From Hemiscyllium ocellatum (lineage: Eukaryota): a stretch of 64,000 nt of DNA. Shown one piece after another: positions 47,845 through 59,692 of this stretch (positions are counted from its first letter, which is position 1; every line of letters starts with the position of its first letter). Location of the stretch: positions 46,441,181-46,505,180 of the forward strand of contig NC_083412.1 of NCBI RefSeq assembly GCF_020745735.1, in the 5' to 3' direction. The notes below the pieces were generated by a model. That model did not search any database and was not told the DNA's origin. It saw only the letters and a list, made by a program, of their open reading frames with translations. A program made the position numbers and the translations under genes.

Positions 47845-48065
47845 ATTTTGGAAGTGCAGGTGTTGGACTGGGGTGTACAAAGTTAAAAATTGCATAACAC
47901 CAGGTTATAGTCCAACAGGTTTATTTGGAAGCACTAGCTTTCAGAGCACTGCTCCTTCATCAGGTGGTTGTGGAGTATAAGATCATAAGACACAGAATTT
48001 ATAGCAAAAATTTACAGTGTGACGAATTATATATTGAAAAAGACCTGGATTGTTTATTAAGTCTT
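47845..48065 (-). mobile_element. PLE family 2 terminus
   Basis: Matches the left arm 38345-38520. Confidence 0.85.
47932..47966 (-). ncRNA. Minimal hammerhead ribozyme motif (PLE family 2)
   Basis: CAC-CTGATGA-A-GGAGC-AGT-GCTCT-GAAA-GC-TA-GTG; stem I CAC/GTG covaries with TAC/GTA in the 38604 copy. Confidence 0.72.
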
Positions 48066-48409
48066 TTTATTTGATGAACGCAACAATTAACCAAAGTTTG
48101 AAGCATAAATTGACCATATTTATATCTGAGGTATACATTTACTTTACTGAAGTGCTTGCCTTTTTTTGATTGTGATACAACTTCACTCCGAGAGGTTCAG
48201 CGCTTTTCTGTCTATGTTCAAATCTTTTTTCATTGTTTGCTGACAATCTTGTCCATTTGAACTCTATAACTTATATTTTCAATAAGGGCAAAATGGGTCA
48301 CAGTGGTGTATAATGTCCTAAGACTCTTTAAAATTCAGCTCAAAATGTAGTTACACTTTTATTTTCATTTCCCACATTATGATGACTCTCATTTATAATG
48401 GAACTCACG

Positions 48410-48800
48410 AGGATGTCGGAACACAAGTAAACTATTCGCCCCATTGAGCCTGTTCTGCCACTCAGTGGGTCACAGCTGATCTGTATCCTACCTCCACTCA
48501 CCCTGCTTAGTTCAATAATCATTAGTACCATTGTCAAACCAAGCCCTGTTAAGCTGTTTTAAATTTTTTAGTCAGTTTGCAACAAACCTTTTGGAAGTGA
48601 GTGTTTCAGATCCAATAGCCTTTGTATGAAGGGCTACTTTCTGATATTGCCACTGAATGTCCCAGCTCTAACTTTTGAGTTTACCTCTCATTCAGCAGTC
48701 CCAAGAAAAAAATCATTTCTCAACGTCTACCATATCAAATCATTTAATTATCTTAAAAAGCTCAGTTCGATCAATTTCTTAATATTTAGGAAAAAACATA
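48410..48800 (-). mobile_element. Ancient CR1 family C 3' fragment
   Basis: CCCATTGAGCCTGTTCTGCCACTCA...CAGCTGATCTGTA is the UTR reverse complement. Confidence 0.55.
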
Positions 48801-49644
48801 CCTAAGATTCAGATCATGTTTTATTTTCTGAAATTAACACCTTTGCAGTCTTTTTTTTAATGTATCAATTTTGCACCAATATTACCTCACTACCCAACAC
48901 CAAAAGCAGTCTAAATTAATAATCATACTGCTCAGAAATGAGGTAAATAAGAAATTGTTTTCCAATTGTTATACTCTGATGTAATTTTAAGGCTACACAC
49001 CATGAGAATACTCTCCATGGAGATGTGGTTGAGCATCTATGTATTTGTGTGTGGAGTTCAAAAAAAAAAACAGAAATGGCACTAGAAACGCGCAGGAATA
49101 AATTGATCATCCTCCAACTGAGTGGCATTTACTAGAACATTTGTTTTGACATAAATGGCTTGTTTTTATTGCCTTTTCCTGCTTTTCCTGGTTGTGTTAT
49201 TGAAAGGCCATTTATTTAACTCTTCTGCTTAGTGCCACCTACTCAGTGGCAAATATTTCTTTGACTTTGGACAGAGAATTTGATTTCTTTTCTATTACTA
49301 AATGTCATGGCTTCTGGCTTATACGCAGTCCACAACAAAATGAGATAATGTTTTCTGTTCTATCGGGCTTCTACTCTGATTTTTATCATGAATTCATTAA
49401 ATATCAGAGGTAAACAATCTATGGTTTTATTTTCAATCATGCTCCTCATCCAGTCTTTGTGCAAGATTTTCAGTGTGTCAGCAAGTGCAGCTAGTGAGTT
49501 TGGGTCCAGGATCTTGGATGATTTACATGGCACTGCATGACATCTAAGATTTTGATTCTATGATGGTGGACTTTGAGTCTTGCTGTGATCCCACAATTTG
49601 CCCAAAATAACACAAACATCTGGATTCTGAGGACATAAATGCTA

Positions 49645-49777
49645 TCAGTGTGCAACTTGACTGCAGTGTTTCCCACATGACATCAGCTGCAATACTTCCA
49701 AAATACTTCATTGGTTATATGATTGGGGATGTGTCGTGGTCTCGAAAGGCACTGTAGAAATGCAAACATTTCTTTTT
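49645..49777 (+). mobile_element. Deu-SINE/L2-tailed SINE 3' part
   Basis: TGCAGTGTTTCCCACAT...ATACTTCCAAAATACTTCATTGG...GAAAGGCACTGTAGAAATGCAA. Confidence 0.6.
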
Positions 49778-49829
49778 TGAGTTTGAAACCTTGACAATTA
49801 AATGCATTGCAATTAATATTGACAATGTT

Positions 49830-50270
49830 TAAGGACTGAGAACTGGTTAGAATATGGGAGGTCAGGTGGAAGTGGTCTGGAGTTGTCAAATTGAGAGATA
49901 ACAGAAGCCAGATTTCTGTAGCAGTTGAGCTGAGACAGGCATCAAGTTAGCAACATCACAAAGGTGGTAGCATATAGTTTTCAGGATGGTAGTGATATGT
50001 TTTTGGAAACTCAGTTCAGCCATTGGAAATTGGCATTATTTCAGTTCATGTCATTGACTGGCAGCATACAGATGATAACCAGAAAGGTGGCAAGGACAGA
50101 TCATTGGATGACTTCAGGGTAATTGTGTGGGAAGTGGAAAAGAAGGTCTTGTAGCTGATGCTCAAGTTAATTGAGTACATCAAAGTGTAATGAGCTGACT
50201 GTAGTCCCAGTAACTGGACAATATTGGAGAGGCATTGGAAAAAGGTGATGTGGTCAACTGTGGCCAAAGG
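49830..50270 (-). mobile_element. L2 LINE RT remnant
   Basis: ATVDHITFFQCLSNIVQL (AFDTVDH block) and LSF..HITTILKT..YHL..VA...CLSST on the minus strand. Confidence 0.65.
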
Positions 50271-51110
50271 TTAATAATAAATTTATCAACAAGAATCTTG
50301 TTGTAAGATTTTAAAAGAGAGTTTATTTTTCTGTCCCTCCAGTCACCACCACCATTCCTTCCACCCTTCTGTCACACACGTACTCTCCCACATCTCTCAA
50401 AACCTGCACTGTTTCCATGCTGAATTCATTTCTCAGATAAATGGATAGGCGCCACATTCCCTGGCTTTCATCAAAATTGCTGTTGACACAACCACCAGGA
50501 GATGCATGATGAATGGGCTGGCATGATCTATATTTCTGTTTTCTTTCTCTTAGACTCAAGTCAATGGCTACTGCAATATCTCCCCTCAGCCATTCAGGAA
50601 CTGATTAGGTGGCAGTCACATATTGAAGCAAAGGCAGATTTTGACATGTTCTTTTAATCAGACAAGTGAGATAATAAACAAGTGAGCACATGCAAAATAT
50701 CTTGCCTGCTTCACCTAATTTTCTGCTGTCTGGCGGACTCAATTGTTAACTCTGTGAGATAGCTGACCTGGAATCATGTTATAATCTGATTAATAGTATG
50801 CATGTTAGTTTGAAACCAACTGGCATTTTCTTTTTCTATTTTGATCGGTTTTATTTCTTATTCTGTATCTCATTTCCTCTAATCAGATTACATTAATATT
50901 CTCTTAAAGTATGCTACTGAAAAAACAATATCTATCACAGCTTGGTTCACTAATTGGGACCATTACTTTCTTTACTTTCAAATTCATCATCTTAATAGGG
51001 CAGTGATATCAAATATTGGAGAGACTTGATAGAAGTCTACAAAATGATGAGATGCATAGATAGGGGTTATGGTCAGAATCTTTTTTTCCCAGAGTTGAAA
51101 TGTTTAAAAC

Positions 51111-51204
51111 ATCACAACCACCTGGTGAAGGAGCAGCGCTCTTAAAGCTAGTGTTTCCAAATAAACCTGTTGGACTATAACCTAGTGTTGTGTGATTTGT
51201 AACG
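51111..51204 (+). mobile_element. 94-bp PLE family 2 insert, almost only hammerhead plus tail
   Basis: CAC-CTGGTGA-A-GGAGC-AGC-GCTCT-TAAA-GC-TA-GTG; TAAAAC duplicated at 51105-51110 and 51205-51210. Confidence 0.8.
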
Positions 51205-51304
51205 TAAAACTAGGGGGCATGTATTTAAGATGAGAGGGTGAAAGTTCAAAGGAGATGTGAGGGTCAAGTTTTTTTTACACAGACAGTGGTGGGAGTCTGG
51301 AACA

Positions 51305-51536
51305 CCATAAGACCATAAGACATAGGAGTAGAAGCAAGGCCATTCAGCCCATCGAGTCCACTCTGCCATTCAATCATGGCTGATGGGCATTTCAACTCCA
51401 CGTACCAGCATTCTCCCCGTGGCCCTTAATTCCTCGTGACATCAAGAATCTATCAATCTCTGCCTTGAAGACATTTAGCGTCCCGGCCTCCACTGCCCTC
51501 TGCGGCAATGAATTCCACAGGCCCACCACTCTCTGG
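51305..51536 (-). mobile_element. Young CR1 family C 3' end
   Basis: QRVVGLWNSLPQRAVEAGTLNVFKAEIDRFL; CpG-rich; (TCTTATGG)n-type tail. Confidence 0.9.
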
Positions 51537-51784
51537 TACAGTGCCAGGCTGGTGGTGGCAGATACGATAAAGATGTTTAAGAGACATGAGCACATGACTA
51601 TGCATGGAATGGAGGGATATGGACCAAGTACAGGCAGAAGGGATTACTTTAATTTGGTGTCATGTTTGGCCTAACATCATGGTCCGAAAGGCCATTTCCT
51701 GTACTGTATTGTTCTATGTTCTAAATGAGAGAATGTACAGTCCAATTGAGTTATTTGAACCACAAAGACATGGGAGAGGCAACC

Positions 51785-52274
51785 AACTTGAAAGGGTTCA
51801 GAAAAGATTTACAAGGATGTTGCCAGGGTTGGAGACTCTGAGCTACAGGGAGAGGCTGAACAGGATAGGGCCGTTTTCTCCGGAGCGTCGGAGGCTGAGG
51901 GGTGACCTTATAGAGGTTTACAAAATTATGAGGGGCATGGATAGATAAATAGGCATAGGTCTATGGGGTCGGGGAGTTCAGAACTAGACGGCATAGGTTT
52001 AGAGTGAGAGATGAAAGATATAAAAGAGACCTATGGGGCAACTTTTTCACGCAGAGGGTGGTATGTATATAGAATGAGCTGCCAGAGGATGTGGTGGAGG
52101 CTGGTACAATTGCAACATTTAAGAGGCATTTGGATGGGTATATGAATAGGAAGGGTTTGGAGGGATATGGGCCAGGTGCTGGCAGGTGGGACTAGATTGG
52201 GTTGGGATATCTGGTTGGCATGGATGGGTTGGACCGAAGGGTCTGTTTCCATGCTGTACATCTCTATGACTCTA
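51785..52274 (+). mobile_element. CR1 family B 3' fragment, young
   Basis: LERVQKRFTRMLPGL...; CTCTATGACTCTA tail. Confidence 0.95.
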
Positions 52275-52499
52275 ATTGACTGGGAGGCTCGCAAAAGGAC
52301 TGAAAATGAAAAGACAGGATAGTGACAGAATTTAACATGAATTCAGGAGATAAAAGTTCACTTGTCAAATTAAGAAGCATTTTGAATATTGTACTTGCCA
52401 TTTATATACTTGCAGATAGAGTAAAAATCAATATTGTTCTTAAAACGACAGATTCAGCACCCAATTATCATCAAGAACTGGTCCAGGCAAGTTTGGAGC

Positions 52500-52982
52500 T
52501 GGTTGAGTGACTTTCTTTCCCTTCAATGCTGTCCTACAGTAAACTACCTTAAAAATTGTGACAAGTCCCTGTATCTTCCAGAACAATTACCAATGAAGTT
52601 GTATGCCTGAAAATTTGTTTTAAATGCTGACTTTGCATGACTATTTTATGTATTTTTAAAAATTGCTCTGCTGTTAGCTTCCAACATTTCCCCAACAACA
52701 GGTGTTCAACTGACCAGGTAGCAGTTTTCAATTGTCTGGTGCTTTTCCAAAGTGTAAGCATTCTTGGAACAATACCATGAGTGCAAACATAATCTCTGCA
52801 GCTACTTCCTTTAAGATCCTGGGATGCATCCTATTAGGTCCAGGGGTTTTATAGGTCTTTAGTTTCATTAGTTTCCCTAGAGCTTTTTCTCTCATGGTAG
52901 TTACTGTATTTAATTATTTTCCCCACTTTCACATGGACTGCTTTTTGTGTCTTTGACCAGACAGACTGTTACAAGGTATTTA
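52500..52982 (-). mobile_element. Old CR1 family C RT fragment
   Basis: PGPNRMHPRILKEVAAEI and WKSTRQLKTAT remnants. Confidence 0.65.
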
Positions 52983-53091
52983 TGAAGTGGAGGTGACAGT
53001 TTTGGACTGGGATGGACAAAATCAGAAGTCACACAATGCCAGATTATAGTCCAACACATTTATTTCAGAGCACTGCTCCTACATCAGGTGA
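52983..53091 (-). mobile_element. PLE family 2 terminus, internally deleted, ending at the hammerhead
   Basis: TTGGACTGGGATGGACAAA...CAGAGCACTGCTCCTACATCAGGTG. Confidence 0.75.
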
Positions 53092-53099
53092 CAAACGTC

Positions 53100-55135
53100 T
53101 TGCACTCCAATGAAAAAGTTACCTGCCTTCCTTTTAACTCAAAGCTTCCGTACCCGGCAACATCCTGGTAAATCTCTTCTGAACCTCCCCAGCTTAATAA
53201 TGTCCTTCCTATAACTGGGTGACCAGAACTGGGTACAGTATTGCAAAAGAGGTCTCTCCAATGTTCTGTACAATCTCAACATGATTTCTCAATCCCTACA
53301 CTCAAAGGACTGAGCAATGAATGCAAGCATGCCAATTGCCTTTTTAATCACCCTGTCTATATGTGATGCAACCTTCAAAGAATTACATAATTGTACCCTA
53401 AGTTCCTCTGCTTTACCACACTACCCAAGGCCCTACCATTAATTGCATAAACCCTACCCTTGTTTGTTGCACCAAAATGCAATACTTGCATTGATTCAGA
53501 TTGAAGTCCTTCTGGCATTTTTCAGCCCATTGCCCCATCTGATCAAGATCCCTTTGTACTTTTAGAAAACCTTCATTGTCTAACATGCCACAATTTTGGT
53601 ATTGTCTGCAAACTTATTAACCATACCTTCCATATTCTCATTCAAATAATTTATACAAATGACAAACAAAAAAGGACCCAAAACCGATCCCTGAAGGAGC
53701 ACCGCTGGTAACAGGCCTCCAATCCAAAAAGCAACCCTCCACCACCACTCCATGTGTCCTGCCTTTAAGCCAATTATGTGTCCAATTGGCAAGCTCACTC
53801 CATGTGACCTAACTTCACTAATTAGGCAAATGCAGAAACTGGTTGAAGGCTTTACTAAAGTCCAAATAAACAATGTCCACTGCTCTGCCATCATCAATCT
53901 TTTCAGTATCTTCCTAAAAAAGCTCACTCAAGTTTGTGAGACATGATTTTCGTTGCACAAAATGCTGACTATCTCTAATCAATGTTTGCCTTTTTAAATC
54001 TCTATAAACCCTATCTTTTATAATTGCCTCCAACAAATTACCCACAACTGAAGTCAGATTCACATGTCTACATTTCCCTAGTTTCTCCTTACAACCTTTC
54101 TTAAACAAAGATACAACATTAGCCATCCTGCAGTCATCAGGCACCTCACCCATAGTTATAGATGATGCAAATATTTCTGCAATGGGTTTCACAGTTTCCT
54201 TCCTTACTTCCCACAATGTTTCGGGATATATTAGATCAGGTCCCAGAGATTTATCTTCCTTGATATTCACCAAGACCTCCCAAACTTCCTCTTCTGTAAT
54301 GTGAACTATTTTTAAAAACATCAGAGTTTATTTCTCTGTATTATCTAGACTCCATTCCTTTCTCCACAGTAAAAATTGACATGAAATATTCATTTAGTAT
54401 ATCCCCCATTTGCTGGGCTTCAACGCAAGACGACCTTCTTGATCTTTAAGAGGCCCACCCCTCTCTTGCTAGTTACCCTATTGCTCTTAAAGTATGTGTA
54501 GAGTTTTTTTTGATTATTCTTAACCTTATTTGTCAATGCTATCTCTCTTTGCCTTTCTACTTTCTTTCTTTCTTTCTTTCTTTCTTAACAATGCCCCTAC
54601 GCTCCCTATGTTGATTAAGACATTCAATTTGGCCAAGTTGTCTATATCTAAAATAAGATTCTATTTTATTCTTGACTAGAATCTCAATATCTTTATTCAA
54701 CCATTGTTCCTTAATCTTACCAGCCTTGTCCTTCATTCTAGTGGAACATAACACCTCTGAACTCTCCCACATGTCAGATGTCCTTTTACCCGTGAACAGT
54801 CTATTCCAACTAACTCTTGAAAGTTCTTGTCTCATACCATTAAAATTTGCCTTACTCCAATTAAAACTAACTTTTATGGAAAGGTTATCCTTTTCCATAA
54901 CTATTTTGAAAGTAATAGAATTATGACCATTAGACCCAAAGTGCTCTCCCACTTTGACTTCACCTGCCCTGCTTTATTGGCCAAAAGAAGGTCTAGTTTT
55001 GTTCCTTCTCTGGGTGGAGCATCCACACATTAATAATAAAAGTTTTCTTGAACACATTTGACAAATTCTTCATCATCCAAACTTTTAACACTATGGTAGC
55101 CCCAGTCAATGTTTGGAAAATTAAAATTCCCCTCC
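53100..55135 (-). mobile_element. CR1 ORF2 internal portion, decayed
   Basis: EHFGSNGHNSITFKI, KSLGPDLIYP, VNLTSVVG, QGSVLGP, KFADNTK. Confidence 0.9.
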
Positions 55136-55229
55136 CCTTTTTCCTGTATTGAAAGAATCTCTTGCTGTACCTCTTCGTATCATTTGTAAGTTTACCCTCT
55201 GGTTTCTCCCTTTTTTTGCTCATGCTTTA

Positions 55230-57496
55230 TTAATTTTTACATCTTCTCCAATCCTCTGGTTAACCACTAATCATTGCCACAGTATGTTTTTGTGTTTCAA
55301 TTTGATGACATCCTTAACTTTCCTGATGAAGTGTAACTGGCATATCTCCTTGCTAGAATCAATGTTTCTCATTGGGCTATATTATTGTGAACTGTAAGAA
55401 CTATTTTCTTAAACACCTGCTATTACTCCTCATTGTCTTTGCTGCTAAACTCCTTTCCCAGTCTATTCCAGCTAACCTTTCCATTGTTGATTTGCAATTA
55501 TTTAAGTTAAGCACAGTTATTTCTGATTCATGATTTTCTATTTCAGACTGATTTCTAAATTCTACCATGGTCTAATCGCTATGTTCTCAGGGATATTATC
55601 CTCTGGGATCATTTATCAAGCATGTCTCATTATACATAACCAGATCCAATATAGTATGATTCCTCATTGGATCCACAACATATTGTTCTAAACAACTATA
55701 CTAAAAGCACTCAGTGAATTCTTCCTTGTGGCTAGCTCTGTTAATTGTACTTTCCCAATTGACATGAAGACTAAATCATCTATGATTAATAAACTACCTT
55801 TTTTATATGCCTTCATTATCTTATGATTTATTCTCTGTCTTACCATATAGCTACTTTCAGGAATGTATACATACTCTTACCAGTATTTTCTCACCTTCAC
55901 CTGTTTGGATTGTATGTCTTATGATCTAAGATACTGCAGAAAGGATGCTGTGAAATTTGAAAGGGTTCAGAAAAGATTTACAAGGATGTTGCCAGGGTTG
56001 GAGGGTTTGAGCTATCAGGAGAGGCTGAATAGGCTGGGGCTGTTTTCCCTGGAGTGTCAGAGGCTGAAGGTAGCCTTATAGAGATTTATAAAATCATGAG
56101 GGACATGGATAGGATAAATTGACAAAGCGTTTTCCCTGGGGTAGGGGAGTCCAGAACTAGAGGGCGTAGGTTCAAGGTGAAAGGGAAAAGATTTAAAAGG
56201 AATCTAAGGGGCAACCTTTTCACGCAAATGGTAGTGTGTGTATGGAATGAGCTGCCAGAGAAAGTGGTAGAGGCTGGCATAATTACAACATTTAAAAGAC
56301 ATCTGGATGGGTGTATGAATAAGAAGGGTTCAGATGGATATGGGCCAAGTGCTGGCAAATGCGACGAGATTAACTTAGGATATCCAGTTGGCATGTATAA
56401 GTTGGACTGAAGGGTCTGTTTCCTTGCTGTACATCTTTATGACTCTATAATTTCTTTGCTTTGAACTTATTCCATCCCATATTAACAAAGCTATTCCATC
56501 ACACTTCCTTTCCTGCCTGTTCTTTTGAAATGTCACATGCCCCTTAATATTTCATTACCAGCTTTGGTTTCCTTTAATTTTTACAACTTCCCCAATCCTC
56601 TCGTTCAACACTAATCATTGCTACAATATGTTTTGTCTGTCAATTTGATGACATCCTTAATTTTCCTGATGAAGTGTAACTGGCATATCTCCTAACTAGA
56701 TTCAATGTTTCTCACTGGGCTATATTATTGTGAACTGTAAGAACTATTTTCTTAAACACCTGCTATTACTCCTCATTGTCTTTGCTGCTAAACTCCTTTC
56801 CCAGTCTATTCCAGCTAACCTTTCCATTGTTGATTTGCAATTATTTAAGTTAAGCACAGTTATTTCTGATTCATGATTTTCTATTTCAGACTGATTTCTA
56901 AATTCTACCATAGTCTAATCGTTATGTTCTCAGGGATATTATCCTCTGGGATCATTTATCAAGCATGTCTCATTATACATAACCAGATCCAATATAGTAT
57001 GATTCCTCATTGGATCCACAACATATTGTTCTAAACAACTATACTAAAAGCACTCAGTGAATTCTTCCTTGTGGCTAGCTCTGTTAATTGTACTTTCCCA
57101 ATTGACATGAAGACTAAATCATCTATGATTAATGAACTACCTTTTTTATATGCCTTCATTATCTTATGATTTATTCTCTGTCTTACCATATAGCTACTTT
57201 CAGGAATGTATACATACTCTTACCAGTGTTTTCTCACCTTCACCCATTTGGATTGTATGTCTTATGATCTAAGATACTGCAGAAAGGATGCTGTGAAATT
57301 TGATGACATCCTTAATTTTCCTGATGAAGTGTAACTGGCATATCTCCTAACTAGATTCAATGTTTCTCACTGGGCTATATCTTTATTGTGAACTGTGAGA
57401 TCTATTTTCTTAAACACCTGCTATTATTCCTCATTGTCTTTGCTGCTAAACTCCTTTCCCAGTCTATTCCAGCTATCCTTTCCATTGTTGATTTGC
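55230..57496. repeat. Local mosaic duplication of old CR1 DNA: 55230-55960, 56574-57303 and 57297-57496
   Basis: Direct comparison; the central ~580 bp of copies 1 and 2 show 6 differences by my count. Confidence 0.92.
55933..56448 (+). mobile_element. CR1 family B 3' fragment
   Basis: KDAVKFERVQKRFTRMLPG...; CTTTATGACTCTAT tail. Confidence 0.93.
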
Positions 57497-58527
57497 TGAA
57501 ATGGCTTAAGCGTGTATCTATTAACCTCTATTTATACCATTAATTCATTTTTTTCTCATTCTGAATGCCACACGCATTCAAATGAAGAGCCATGTATTTT
57601 TCAAACCTCACACTTACAGCTTAAGGCTGATCATTTTTTTTTACTGTTTGAAGAGGTGGATATGTAAGAAACATCAGATCATTACACTTGAAACAGGCCT
57701 CATTCACTCTAAATAAATTTTCATACTTATTCCAATTATTTGTGCACCTTGCACTGCTGTTGGAGCAATTTCATTTATTTGAACTCAGTACTAACTAATG
57801 GCCCTGCTGAATTCAGGTTTCTCTTCTATGTAAATCATGTCCTGCCTCCTCCTTCTATTGGTATAATATTGGATTGCTCAAAATGGCGAGGGTTTTCCAC
57901 ATCTGAGTTCTGCCTTCCATTTTGTGATGCCAATATCCATCCAGTAACATTCCAAAAATACTGCTAGATCTGCTGAATATTTCCATGTTTTTCTGTTTTC
58001 ATGTCTTAACTACATGTACAAACCAGGCTTCTATCTGGGCCACATATAAGCAGTGAAGTAGGAATTGTTTCAGTGGTGATTCTGCCTTGTTGACTGTTTT
58101 GAACATGTAAGAAGTATGTGGATGTCCTTTGCAAAAAAATATTGGTAACTCTCGTAGTCTTTTATTTCCTTGTCTCCGCCTATGTTTGAAGAGTCCTTTC
58201 AGTGACATAGCAGAATTCTGCTAAAATTTACAAGAAGACTTGAGGCCTCATTCTTTGTTTAATCTTTAGATCTGATTTCCATTATTAACACCAGAATAAA
58301 CCACTGTCATGGGTCATTTTTATGGATGCTTTTCTAATAATATGCAAGTATAATGTACTGAAGCTTTTGCCAGATGTCAATTTAGTTCATGAATATATTG
58401 CTATTTAAAATCATGCTCCTTTTTAATATTGTGCTGCATGTTATTTTAATTAATAAACGTTAAGAAGTTTGTTCCAATTAACTGACCTGTTTTTAATGCA
58501 TGTTATGAGCTTGTCATGTGTAGAGTT

Positions 58528-58740
58528 TTAGATTAGATTACCCCCAGTATGGAAACAGGCCCAACCAGTCCACAGTGATCCTCCAATGAGTAACCCATTC
58601 CCCTACCCTATATATATATTCTTGACTAATGCTCCTAATACTATCGGCAATTTAGCATGGCCAATTCACCTGACCTGCACATCTTTTGTGATTGTGGGAG
58701 GAAACCCACGCAGAAATGGGGAGAATGTGCAAACACCCCA
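58528..58740 (-). mobile_element. HE1-like SINE, headless, with (AATCT)n tail
   Basis: V core with a deletion between the two GGAGGAAACC repeats. Confidence 0.85.
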
Positions 58741-58795
58741 CTGACATAAATAATTGGGATAATTAGCATCATTGCTATACAATCCTAGTAAATAG

Positions 58796-58987
58796 TCGAA
58801 GAGTGCAGCACTGGAAAGGCACAGCAGGCCAGGCACCTTCTGAGGAGCAGGAGAATTGACGTTTCGGGCATAAGCCCTTCATCTGTCGACTCTCCTGCTC
58901 CTCAGATGCTACCTGACCTGCTATGCTTTTCCAGCACCACACTTTTCGACTCTGACTCTCCAGCATCTGAAGTCCTCACTTTCTCAG
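58796..58987. mobile_element. Penelope-like fold-back insertion (family 1)
   Basis: Inverted arms around 58883-58884; minus strand GATGA-A-GGGC-TTAT-GCCC-GAAA-CG-TC; TSD A(A/T)TCCT(A/G)GTAAATAG at 58781-58795 and 58988-59002. Confidence 0.85.
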
Positions 58988-59647
58988 ATTCCTGGTAAAT
59001 AGGCCACGGGAAGTCAGATCCTAGCATCAATCAATTTTTCAGATTGATTTCATTTATTAGGACAGCAGAACACCAGAAAAACAGCTGGAGGGTAAAATGT
59101 TTCAAAATTTACCATGAACAAATCCATAATGACTCTTCTTACTTAACCCACACATTTCCAAGTGCTTGTTAATGTCATCTGCAACTATGCATTCTAATAG
59201 GCAGGATTTTCCAACACCGCCAAGGCTAGGAATACATCAGACAATTCCCCAAAATACTGACATAAGGTAATAAGTTGGTGTCCTGACTCTACTCCTGACA
59301 TTAGGCATTTTGGCCAAGGCAGAAAGGGTCCCACTAGGAGTCTGGCAGCAAGTTATCACCATTAAGAGAATTGTCAGTGTTCACTGACATAATAGAGGTG
59401 AGAACTCACTGGCAGGTTGTGACACCAGTGCTCGAAGGACATTGACCTTCTTGCTGGCTTAGGAGCAGGTGCAGCCCAAAATCACCCATGGGTGGGACTC
59501 CTGCCAACTAGTAGTGGCCTGCTGCTTTTTCTCTTGTTTTTATTCTCAACTGAGAGAGGGCACCTTCTCAGGTATTTGCCATTCATTGCAGTCACCTGCC
59601 TCATTAAAAAAAGAAATGTGTGCAATAGCTCTCCAGCTTTTGTTTGT

Positions 59648-59692
59648 GGGGGTGGGGGTGGGTGGGGGGGTGTTGGGGGGGAGCTGGGGGGG
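59648..59692 (+). repeat. G-run cluster, potential G-quadruplex
   Basis: Six runs of 3-7 G separated by 1-4 nt. Confidence 0.7.

Larger units (their letters stand above)
51018..51722 (+). mobile_element. Older CR1 3' fragment hosting two nested insertions
   Basis: DLIEVYKMMR...TRGH...DVRVKFFTQ; tail TTCTATGTTCTA. Confidence 0.8.
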
